A stretch of 57,066 bases of DNA from Bacteroidales bacterium (GTDB taxonomy: Bacteria; Bacteroidota; Bacteroidia; Bacteroidales; VadinHA17): positions 1 through 57,066 of the forward strand of contig DAOQAX010000001.1 of the NCBI GenBank assembly GCA_035354395.1, given 5' to 3'. The position numbers and the translations under genes were made by a program. The notes beneath the pieces were generated by a model. That model saw only the letters and a program-made list of their open reading frames with translations. It made no database searches and was not told the origin of the DNA. This document shows, in pieces, positions 45,992-54,207 of the stretch. Position 1 is the first letter of the stretch; every line of letters begins with the position of its first letter.

Positions 45992-45992
45992 T

Positions 45993-47051
45993 TTATATTG
46001 TTATTACAGGAAGTATTTTACAATCATTAAGATCCAGCAACATTGATCCCCATGAAAGGCCAACCCCAAAACCTGACAAAACCAATCTTGTTCTTCCTGC
46101 CCGCAGTTTATTTTCTGCGTCAACTATTGTCAAAGGGATACTCGCTGAACTCGTATTCCCATAAGATGACAACGAAAGCGGATACTTTTCAGCGGGAATT
46201 TTAAGTTTTCGTGCCAGATAGTCAACCATAAATTTGTTTGCCTGATGAAAGAAGAAAAGGTCAATGTCTTCAACAGTGGCATTTGCAGCATCAAGGAGGC
46301 CAATAATATCCTTTGGTATCTCTCTTAAGGTAAAGTTAAAGATTTCGGGGCCATCCATAAATATATTTTCCTTTGAACGCAGGTTTTTGTCAGGGCCCTC
46401 TGTCACTTTTACAGTAAACTCAGAAGAAGGAAGCCTGTACCCCCCGCCCTCAATGATAAGCGATTTTGCTCCCGAACCATCAGAGCTTAAGGAACAATAC
46501 ACCGGGCTCGCAGAACTGTCTTTTTCAATGAGTGTCGCACTTCCTGCATCACCAAACAAAAGATTGCTTGACTTATCCTGTGGAGAAACATTTTTGGACG
46601 ATGTGTCACCAACCAGCAAAAGGACTTTGGAAATAGCAGGTTGATTCAGGAAACTAAACGCCATTGAAAGTCCGTAGACATATCCTGAACATCCTAAATT
46701 TATATCAAAAGCAAGTGTTCCTTTTTTTAAGCCGAGCTTATCCTGAAGAATACATGCTGTTGCGGGCAACCGGTAATCCGGTGTTTGTGACACAAAGATA
46801 ACAGCATTAACATCTTCCCTGTTTACGGAAAGTTTCTCAAGCAGTTCGGAGGCAGCTTCGAAACACAGATCTGATGTGCATATCTCAGATGGAGAAACAT
46901 GCCTCTGATAAACGCCTATGCTGTCGATGGTCTTTTTTAGTTCTTCCTCGGTGAAAAGGCTTGATCCGAACTGGCTGTTTTCAATTGTTTTTGCAGGAAC
47001 ACAGGCTGAAATGCCGGCAATTTTAACACCCTCAAATTTAAGATGTCCCAT
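45993..47051 (-). CDS. KAS III (FabH-like) condensing enzyme or acyltransferase, copy 2
   Basis: 352 aa with Cys-His-Asn triad contexts NLGCSGYVYGL, FFHQANKFM and YGNTSSASIP. Confidence 0.85.
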   Translation of the reverse strand: MGHLKFEGVKIAGISACVPAKTIENSQFGSSLFTEEELKKTIDSIGVYQRHVSPSEICTSDLCFEAASELLEKLSVNREDVNAVIFVSQTPDYRLPATACILQDKLGLKKGTLAFDINLGCSGYVYGLSMAFSFLNQPAISKVLLLVGDTSSKNVSPQDKSSNLLFGDAGSATLIEKDSSASPVYCSLSSDGSGAKSLIIEGGGYRLPSSEFTVKVTEGPDKNLRSKENIFMDGPEIFNFTLREIPKDIIGLLDAANATVEDIDLFFFHQANKFMVDYLARKLKIPAEKYPLSLSSYGNTSSASIPLTIVDAENKLRAGRTRLVLSGFGVGLSWGSMLLDLNDCKILPVITI

Positions 47052-47055
47052 ATTG

Positions 47056-47277
47056 TTATTGTAAGTTTTCCGGGCCTATCAGGCCTATTAAATCACTAAT
47101 CTTGTTAATATTCTTCAGGTCAGCTGTCTTTACCTGTTTATTAAAATGTTCATCAATAAAGGCCATCACTGCAAGAGTTGTTAAAGACGTCAGCTGTACC
47201 GGGGTGTTTTCATTAACTTCACTGGCTTCAATCATTAAAACTTCCTTTATGTCAGAATAAAAATCTACTTTCTTCAT
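47056..47277 (-). CDS. Stand-alone acyl carrier protein
   Basis: 73 aa and acidic. Candidate phosphopantetheine Ser in VQLTSLTTLAVMAFIDEHF. It sits between two KASIII genes with 4- and 39-nt gaps. Confidence 0.65.
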   Translation of the reverse strand: MKKVDFYSDIKEVLMIEASEVNENTPVQLTSLTTLAVMAFIDEHFNKQVKTADLKNINKISDLIGLIGPENLQ

Positions 47278-47316
47278 AGCATCTATCTACTTTAAATAAT
47301 TTGTATACAGTATTTG

Positions 47317-48315
47317 TTAAATTTCAATTATAGTTGCCCCCCAGGAATATCCTACTCCAAAGCCGACAATCAATACTTTGTCGCCAGGTTTAATTCTTTT
47401 GGACGAAATGGACTCCTTTAAAGCAATAGGGATTGTAGAGGAAACCGTATTCCCGGTCTCTTTCATGTCCTGGTAAAATTTTTCATCAGGAAATTTCAGC
47501 TTCCTCTTCAGGTAATCAAGCATGTATTTATTTGCCTGGTGGAAAATTATATAATCGACTTCATCGATACTTAAATTATTTTTCTTCAGTACCGAATCAA
47601 CAAGATGAGGAACTCTTTCCAGGGTAAAGTTAAATATCCCGGGTCCATCCATGAATAAATAATTATCATTTAAAACATTTCCTGCACTATCGTACCGGTC
47701 TGCCTCTTCAGGATCGGGTCGGTTTCTAAGCCCTCCCCTACGGACTATCAGGTTATCTTTTCCTGAACCATCAGTGCCAAGCTCAAAGCCAAAAATATGT
47801 TCCTTTCCCGCGTATGAAATTATTGTAGCCGCGGAACCATCTCCGAAAATACTTCTGTTTGATTTATCCTTAGGATGTATATGCTTTGAATATGTTTCTG
47901 CTGTTACAAGCAGGATGTTTTTACATATTTCGCTGTTTATCAATCCTTTTGCCAGAGCCAGGCCATAAATAAAGCCCGAACATCCCTGATTTATATCCAG
48001 TGCTCCGATATTTGTCCTTAGCTTCAACTTATCCTGTAATATACAGGAGGTTGTTGGAAGGAAATAGTCCGGGCTCTGGGTGCACAGTATTATAAAATCA
48101 ATGGATGAAGGATCAAATTCAGCTAATACCTTACTTGCAGATGCATATGCAAGATCTAGCGCAGTCTCATTATCCCCTGTAATGTGACGACGTTCAATGC
48201 CTATCTTTTCATTTATCTTGTTTGCATCCCACTCCGGAAACTCATTTGACAACTGAATGTTATCCAGAATTTTGTCGGGAAGATAATATCCTATTCCAGA
48301 AATTTTTGCGCCCAT
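47317..48315 (-). CDS. KAS III (FabH-like) condensing enzyme, copy 1
   Basis: 332 aa with triad contexts NQGCSGFIYGL, FHQANKYM and TGNTVSSTIP. Confidence 0.85.
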   Translation of the reverse strand: MGAKISGIGYYLPDKILDNIQLSNEFPEWDANKINEKIGIERRHITGDNETALDLAYASASKVLAEFDPSSIDFIILCTQSPDYFLPTTSCILQDKLKLRTNIGALDINQGCSGFIYGLALAKGLINSEICKNILLVTAETYSKHIHPKDKSNRSIFGDGSAATIISYAGKEHIFGFELGTDGSGKDNLIVRRGGLRNRPDPEEADRYDSAGNVLNDNYLFMDGPGIFNFTLERVPHLVDSVLKKNNLSIDEVDYIIFHQANKYMLDYLKRKLKFPDEKFYQDMKETGNTVSSTIPIALKESISSKRIKPGDKVLIVGFGVGYSWGATIIEI

Positions 48316-48544
48316 TTAGAATATTTCAGTATTAATGGTCAACACAATAAACCGATGTACCAGGTATAAAAAACTTAAATAGAGTCAACTTAATGTGACA
48401 TTATTTAATCGTTTGATATTTAACCCTATAAAAAGTCCTTAAACAAATATAGTGAAAAATATTGATTACTCTTTAGTCATTAGTCCTTTCAGCCTGAAGT
48501 GATCATACTTACATCTGACCGGGTTGTAAATTCTACCAGCCGGG

Positions 48545-51500
48545 TCAGAATCTTCGTTTTTGAAAGTCGACATTCTTCCTCATTTTGATTTTATCCTCAA
48601 TGTTATTATCGCTTTCTATCCTGTCATTTTTGTTAATCAGGCCGGAAATAAATTCACTCTGTCCCTTAATATTAGGGTATTCAAAGACAGTAATTGTGCT
48701 GAATATTATGTTAAACTCTTTTGAGATCAATGTTGCAAGGTTTATGGCAAGAAGTGAATTGCCTCCACTTTCAAAGAAGTTATCGTTGATACTTATGCTT
48801 TCAACCTTAAGGCACTCCTTCCATAACCCGGATAGTGATTTCTCTATACTGTTTGCAGGAAGTACAATCTCATCTGCAGAGCTCTTTCGTTCGGGTTTGG
48901 GCAGGGCCTTCCGGTCTAACTTCCCACTGGTTGTCAGCGGGAGGTGGTCAATGAAGATGAAAAATGAAGGCACCATATAATCCTGAAGCTTTGAGGTCAG
49001 GAATCTTCGCATCTCATCTATATCCGTTTTAGCGCCAGGTTTAAGGCAGGTATAAGCTACCAGGGATTTTGTGTCAGAATTTTCGGTTACTATCACCGCG
49101 CAGTTTGTGACATCGGGGTGTTTATGAATCTGTGACTCAATATCGCCCAATTCGATTCTGAATCCCCTGATCTTCACCTGGTTGTCTATTCTTCCTATAT
49201 AATCTATCTCACCTTCTTTGGTCAGCTTTACCAGGTCGCCGGTGCGATAAGCTCTGACACTCTTCTCTTTTGAAATTTTAAAATCGAAGAATCTTTCAGC
49301 TGTCAGTTCGGGGTGATTCATATATCCTCTTGCGAGATTTACCCCGGTGATCAATAATTCACCCGGGATACCTACCGGTTGAATTTTCATCTTGCTGTTG
49401 ACAACAAATAATTTTGTGTTATCAATAGGCTTTCCGATATATACCTGTTTGATATTGTCTGCCGGGCAATTATAAAAAGAAACATCCACTGTGGCTTCTG
49501 TTGGTCCATAGAGGTTTATTATATCAGGCAGCTTTATCTCACTTCTCATTTCATTGAACTCTTCAACAACCTTCAGCGGCAATGCCTCTCCGCTCATAAA
49601 TATCCTCCTCAGGCCGGTAAGCTTTGAGAACATGTTTCTCGATTTCACCATTCCCTGGAATGCAATGAACATTGACGGCACAAAATGAATTGTTGTAACG
49701 CGGTATTTTTCAATATGCTGAATTATTGTTTCAGGGCTCTTTTCTCCCCCAGGAGGTAAAAGAAGCAGCCTGGCACCATAAAATGACCACCAGAATAATT
49801 CCCAGACTGACACATCAAATGTGGTGGGTGTTTTCTGAATAAGTGTGTCAGACTGATCAATAGGATAAGCCTTTTGCATCCAGCCAAGCCTGTTTAGTAC
49901 AGAGTGATGTTCAATCATTACGCCTTTAGGCACTCCGGTTGATCCAGAGGTATAAATTATATACGCTTTGTTTCTTGATGTAACTTTTGTAGCTGGTTTT
50001 GAGATGTTATCAGAAAGAGGTGTTTTTAAGATGTCTTCAATGAACAAAAGAGGAGTTCCGTCTGGTATATTCACTGATGAACTCTTTGTTGTGAGGATCA
50101 GTTTAGGGTTGGCATCTCCGATAATTGTCTTCAGTCGTTCTGAAGGAGTATCGGGGTTTAGAGGCAGGTAAGCTGCTCCGGCCTTCAGTACACCAAAAAT
50201 ACCTATCATCATCTCAGCCGACCGCTCAAGACATGTGCAGACCACATCCTCAACTTCAATTCCATCCTTAATCAACCGGTTGGCAGTACGGTTGGCATGT
50301 TCGTCGAGCTCCCTGTATGTCAATGATTGATCGTTAAATAAAAGAGCATCAGAGTGCGGTGTCTTTTGAACCTGTTGCTCAAACTTCTCATGAATGCACA
50401 GGCTCTCTTCATAAGCAGCATTTGTGTCATTCAGTTCATTGATGAAAGCCAGGTCCCCATCAGGAGCGATATCCATATCCATTATTGTATGATCCGGCTC
50501 AGTCATCATTGACTTTAATATCGTCTTATATATTCCCCAGATACTTTCTGCCATCTCCCTGTTAAAAAGATCTGAGGAATATTCAAGGTAAACATGATAC
50601 TTACCGCTTATCTCCCACAAAGAAAAGAAGAGATCCAGCTGTGCCCCGTCCCGTTCAATAAACTGTGCATTCACCTCAGCCCCCTCAAGGTCAAGATGGA
50701 CGCCTGGGTCAAAGGTAAATCCAGCCTGAAACAACCCGCTCCCATCGCCAGGACCAAGAAGGGAATTAAGCAACAGATAAGGAACTTCTTCCTTCCGGTC
50801 AACCTTAAACATCGATGAAAGAATCTGCTTCATCAGACCCGTGCCTGTCAAATCATCAGATAACCGGACAGGCAATGGCAATATATTTACAAAGCATCCA
50901 AATGTGTTCCTGAATTCCGTTTTCCTTCTGTTCCTGAACGGTACGCCAATGTTTATCTCTGATTTGTTTGTGAGTTTATTAAGAAGAACGGCATATGCAC
51001 TTAATAAAACAATGAAATCATTAACTGCATTCTTTTCCGCAAACTGAGATATCTCTGCCACCGGAAATTCATCAAGCACCAAATGAATTCTTTTGCCTGC
51101 ATCACTGCTCACTTTTGAGCGACCGGTTGTGTTTGCAAACTCAAGCTTTTCAGGCTTTGACGGAATAAAATTTCTCCACTCTTCAAGCTTTTTCTGTGCG
51201 TTCTCGGTTGTTTGCCAGTCGCGCAGCCAGTCGGAGTACTCAAAATAGTTATTTGCAAGCAGCTCCGCATCAGGCTCTTGTTTCAGGTAATACGATTTAT
51301 ACAGCGCAGACAGCTCTTTGAAAAAATTCCCTGCCGTAACAAGGTCAAATATTATATGATGGAAGACAAGAACCAGAACAGTTTCATTACTATATTCAAA
51401 TACTCCTGCTCTGAAATATGGCCAGCAACCAATATCAAATGGTCTGTGAATCAACTCATATACTTCACATGATAACGGATCACTGACAAAAGAGGTATCA

Positions 51501-51760
51501 ACTTTTGTTATCTCTGTCTTGATTTTACATTCCTCAGGATCTTTCACATACTGAAATACTTTACCACCGTCTTCTGTAAAAATGGTACGCAACATGTCAT
51601 ACCTCGAAACAATAGTATTAATTGCATTGTTAAATGTATCAATACAAAAATCTCCCTTTATTATTGCCATATAGGGAAGGTTATAGGCAGTAGTATCAGG
51701 GTAAAGTTTCTGTAGAACCCAGAATTGTTGTTGAATTTGAGAAATTTCGCATTTTTTCAT
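48545..51760 (-). CDS. Single-module NRPS, C-A-T, A domain with a Ser code (NRPS-A)
   Basis: 1071 aa. The C domain starts at residue 1 (HHIIFDLV at 134-141). A core AYIIYTSGSTGVPKGV (599-614). T FFESGGNSLLAI (Ser1002). No release domain. Confidence 0.95.
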   Translation of the reverse strand: MKKCEISQIQQQFWVLQKLYPDTTAYNLPYMAIIKGDFCIDTFNNAINTIVSRYDMLRTIFTEDGGKVFQYVKDPEECKIKTEITKVDTSFVSDPLSCEVYELIHRPFDIGCWPYFRAGVFEYSNETVLVLVFHHIIFDLVTAGNFFKELSALYKSYYLKQEPDAELLANNYFEYSDWLRDWQTTENAQKKLEEWRNFIPSKPEKLEFANTTGRSKVSSDAGKRIHLVLDEFPVAEISQFAEKNAVNDFIVLLSAYAVLLNKLTNKSEINIGVPFRNRRKTEFRNTFGCFVNILPLPVRLSDDLTGTGLMKQILSSMFKVDRKEEVPYLLLNSLLGPGDGSGLFQAGFTFDPGVHLDLEGAEVNAQFIERDGAQLDLFFSLWEISGKYHVYLEYSSDLFNREMAESIWGIYKTILKSMMTEPDHTIMDMDIAPDGDLAFINELNDTNAAYEESLCIHEKFEQQVQKTPHSDALLFNDQSLTYRELDEHANRTANRLIKDGIEVEDVVCTCLERSAEMMIGIFGVLKAGAAYLPLNPDTPSERLKTIIGDANPKLILTTKSSSVNIPDGTPLLFIEDILKTPLSDNISKPATKVTSRNKAYIIYTSGSTGVPKGVMIEHHSVLNRLGWMQKAYPIDQSDTLIQKTPTTFDVSVWELFWWSFYGARLLLLPPGGEKSPETIIQHIEKYRVTTIHFVPSMFIAFQGMVKSRNMFSKLTGLRRIFMSGEALPLKVVEEFNEMRSEIKLPDIINLYGPTEATVDVSFYNCPADNIKQVYIGKPIDNTKLFVVNSKMKIQPVGIPGELLITGVNLARGYMNHPELTAERFFDFKISKEKSVRAYRTGDLVKLTKEGEIDYIGRIDNQVKIRGFRIELGDIESQIHKHPDVTNCAVIVTENSDTKSLVAYTCLKPGAKTDIDEMRRFLTSKLQDYMVPSFFIFIDHLPLTTSGKLDRKALPKPERKSSADEIVLPANSIEKSLSGLWKECLKVESISINDNFFESGGNSLLAINLATLISKEFNIIFSTITVFEYPNIKGQSEFISGLINKNDRIESDNNIEDKIKMRKNVDFQKRRF

Positions 51761-51884
51761 AATCCTATACAGAGTTGCATTATTGACAGAGATACTAATT
51801 AATGAAATTTAAGGCATTCAATCACACTACCTCTACATATAATTTAAAAAAGCATTGAGACTGAACTTGCACATAATTGTGCTG

Positions 51885-51900
51885 AACATCTTAAGATGTT
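51885..51900. promoter_or_regulatory. Perfect 16-bp palindrome AACATCTTAAGATGTT in a divergent intergenic region (candidate operator)
   Basis: Read directly from the sequence. It is preceded by a GCACA-TAAT-TGTGC hairpin/palindrome at 51869-51882. It lies between the NRPS-A start (51760, minus) and the DUF218-like gene (plus). Confidence 0.3.
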
Positions 51901-51941
51901 TTAATAGATATAAAATAAAATTATTAAGTTTTCCTATTAAT

Positions 51942-51949
51942 TATCTTTG
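51942..51949 (+). promoter_or_regulatory. Bacteroidota -7-type promoter box TAnnTTTG (TATCTTTG)
   Basis: Exact match to the TAnnTTTG consensus. Its 3-prime G is 16 nt upstream of ATG 51965. The paralogous gene has the same motif 17 nt upstream of its ATG. Confidence 0.4.
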
Positions 51950-51964
51950 ACTAAAAAATTCAGA

Positions 51965-52951
51965 ATGAGAGCAAAAACAATAATTAAAACATTAATTCTA
52001 GCAGGTTTCCCGCTCTTAATTGGAGTTATTGTCCTGGCAATATTCTTAAACAAAACAGGATATCTTTCCACCACTGAAAAAACAGATGCCAACATACTGG
52101 TGGTTGAAGGATGGCTTCCAGGAAATGGCATGCAGGAAGCTTATAATGAATTTCTTGAGCATAAATATGATTTCATTATAACCACCGGAGTTGAATCAAA
52201 TTTCGTTCATTGTAATATGTATTGGGATGGGTTCCTTATATTTTATCCCAAAGAGAAATTTTCCCAAAACACCAAAACGGGAAAACACTTAATTGAAGTG
52301 AGAGCATATAGTCAGTTTGGCGGTGAAGATGCCGCATCCTTTAATCTATTTGTAAACAAAACTATAATTGCAAATCTCAAAGCCAATGTAAAAGAAAAAA
52401 AACTTTCGGCTTACTGGACCGGATCCCTTTCAGATATTGATTCTATTACAATTCAATTTGCCAATGATCTGGGAGGCAGAGCCCTTTATGTCAGGGAAAT
52501 CATCATAGACAAGAAGATTGTAATTCCATATTTATATCACTCTGAGTACGATATAGGTGAGCTTGACGGCAAGGACCGGTTTAAAAATGATTTTACCTCT
52601 TATGCCTCGTTAGGAAAAAATGCATTGCTAAGGTTAGGTATGAACCCAAATCAGATTATTGCTGTTTCCGGAGAAAAGACACAAATAAACAGGACTCTAG
52701 CAAGCGCGGTGGCGGTTAAAAAATGGGTTGATACAACAAGGGTAAATGTAACCGGTATGAACATTGTAAGTTATGGAATGCATGCAAGAAGGTCCTGGCT
52801 TATCTATTCCAAAGTTTTAGGGAAAGAAGTAAAAACAGGCATTGTCTCACTAACAGATGATATTGACCAGAATAATTTCAAGAAATCAATAAAAGGGTTT
52901 CGTGAAACATTAGGTTTAATGTACTACTGGATTATTTTATTGTTCTATTAA
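51965..52951 (+). CDS. Membrane-anchored DUF218 (YdcF/ElyC/SanA)-like protein with an inserted CBM-like beta-sandwich module, paralog 1
   Basis: N-terminal TM helix. DUF218-like segments ANILVVEGWLP...DFIITTG and INRTLASAVAVKKW...NIVSYGMHARRSWLIYSKVLG. The insert IEVRAYSQFGGEDAASFNLFVN...SITIQFANDLGGRALYVREIIID resembles Ca-dependent CBM motifs. ATG 51965 is preferred over the track TTG at 51947. Confidence 0.55.
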   Translation: MRAKTIIKTLILAGFPLLIGVIVLAIFLNKTGYLSTTEKTDANILVVEGWLPGNGMQEAYNEFLEHKYDFIITTGVESNFVHCNMYWDGFLIFYPKEKFSQNTKTGKHLIEVRAYSQFGGEDAASFNLFVNKTIIANLKANVKEKKLSAYWTGSLSDIDSITIQFANDLGGRALYVREIIIDKKIVIPYLYHSEYDIGELDGKDRFKNDFTSYASLGKNALLRLGMNPNQIIAVSGEKTQINRTLASAVAVKKWVDTTRVNVTGMNIVSYGMHARRSWLIYSKVLGKEVKTGIVSLTDDIDQNNFKKSIKGFRETLGLMYYWIILLFY

Positions 52952-52953
52952 TT

Positions 52954-54114
52954 TCAGAGTACAGGTTTATACTGAAGTATTTCCTCAAGGCATCTTTCAG
53001 CTGTGTGTCCATCCCATAATTCAGGGCATACCGGATTTCTGCCTTTACTAAGTGCATTCTGATATTCTTTCCTGATGCGGGTTATATTATTTCCCACCAG
53101 AACACTAGCTCCTCCATGTTCGGTCAAAGTAATCGGGCGTTCCGTATTCCATCTCAGTGTAAGGCATGGAGTGCCAAGGACTGTACATTCTTCCTGAAGA
53201 CCGCCACTGTCAGTTAATATCATCCTTGCATGCATGTTAAGTTTAAGCATCTCCAGATACCCAAGTGGTTCAAGAACAAAAAGATTCTTATGTGACATTA
53301 TCTCATCAAGCAAGCCAAAGGAGTCCAGCATTTTGCGGGTACGCGGATGAATGGTCCATATAAGTGGGATTTCCGGACAAACCTCATCAAGCATAAACCT
53401 GACAATAGGTTCCAGTACTTCCTTCCTGTCAACATTTGATGGCCGGTGTAGTGTCATTACAGCAAAATCAGGCACTTTATTATCCATCATAATGAACTCA
53501 TTATGATTAACCGAGTTCTGCTTTATAATCTCAACAATACTTAAACCGGCTGCTTTACTCCGGTTATTCTCCAGGGTATCTATCATTATATTTCCGGTAA
53601 ACTTTATTTTGCTTTCCGGAACTCCCTCTTTTAAAAGATTCTCAGAAGAGAGCCTGTCGGGAGTAAGCAGCAGATCGGATATTCTGTCGGCAACCAGTCT
53701 GTTAATCTCTTCCGGCATTGTCATGTCGCCCGATCGCAGTCCAGCCTCAATATGGCAACAATTTATATGTTCTTTTTTCGCAGTGACGGAACATGCAAGT
53801 ATAGCATTTACATCACCTACAATAACAACCCAGTCGGGCTTTCTCTCTTTTATTACCTTTTCAAATTCAATCATAGTATTTCCAACCTGCTCGGCATGCG
53901 TTCCCGATCCTATCCCAAGGTTAATATCAGCGTTCGGTATTCCAAGCTCGTCAAAAAATGCACGCGACATACGGTCGTCATAATGCTGGCCAGTATGCAC
54001 CAGAACATGTTCGATTTTCTCTGATGAGACCAGGTTATGCTTTTCAATAGCCTTAATAAATGGCGCAATTTTCATAAAATTAGGTCGTGCCCCTACTACG
54101 GAGATAATTTTCAT
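52954..54114 (-). CDS. wecB: UDP-N-acetylglucosamine 2-epimerase (non-hydrolysing, WecB type)
   Basis: MKIISVVGARPNFMKIAPF...HVLVHTGQHYDDRMSRAFFDELGIP...GSGTHAEQ and LTDSGGLQEE; 386 aa. Confidence 0.88.
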   Translation of the reverse strand: MKIISVVGARPNFMKIAPFIKAIEKHNLVSSEKIEHVLVHTGQHYDDRMSRAFFDELGIPNADINLGIGSGTHAEQVGNTMIEFEKVIKERKPDWVVIVGDVNAILACSVTAKKEHINCCHIEAGLRSGDMTMPEEINRLVADRISDLLLTPDRLSSENLLKEGVPESKIKFTGNIMIDTLENNRSKAAGLSIVEIIKQNSVNHNEFIMMDNKVPDFAVMTLHRPSNVDRKEVLEPIVRFMLDEVCPEIPLIWTIHPRTRKMLDSFGLLDEIMSHKNLFVLEPLGYLEMLKLNMHARMILTDSGGLQEECTVLGTPCLTLRWNTERPITLTEHGGASVLVGNNITRIRKEYQNALSKGRNPVCPELWDGHTAERCLEEILQYKPVL

Positions 54115-54183
54115 AATTAAGGAATTAGTTGGTATAAATTAAGGTGAAAGTGCTTTTATAACTTAATTAAATTTTCATTTAAC

Positions 54184-54191
54184 TAATTTTG
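54184..54191 (+). promoter_or_regulatory. Bacteroidota -7-type promoter box TAnnTTTG (TAATTTTG)
   Basis: Exact consensus match. Its 3-prime G is 17 nt upstream of ATG 54208. Confidence 0.4.
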
Positions 54192-54207
54192 ATAATAAAA
54201 CAGCCGA

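Noticed and set aside
48515-48548. Imperfect hairpin (CTGACCGG...CCGGGTCAG) spanning the NRPS-A stop codon
   Set aside because: The stem is bulged and no T-run follows on the minus strand. It is probably coincidental or only a minor RNA structure.
29338-51760. Many 60-137-aa plus-strand ORFs inside the minus-strand megasynthase and KASIII genes, for example 30230-30580, 31091-31486, 35867-36211, 43941-44312, 46264-46644, 48585-48980
   Set aside because: They are antisense to long ORFs that carry unmistakable NRPS/PKS/FabH motifs. Their translations are low-complexity (Ser/Leu/Ile/Phe-rich) as expected for reverse frames of AT-rich coding DNA. None has a motif I recognise.
28461-51946. NRPS-PKS block as a horizontally acquired island inserted into an EPS locus
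   Set aside because: I could not see a flanking tRNA, integrase or transposase, direct repeats at the borders, or an obvious compositional break by eye. GC and codon statistics would need to be computed to revisit this.
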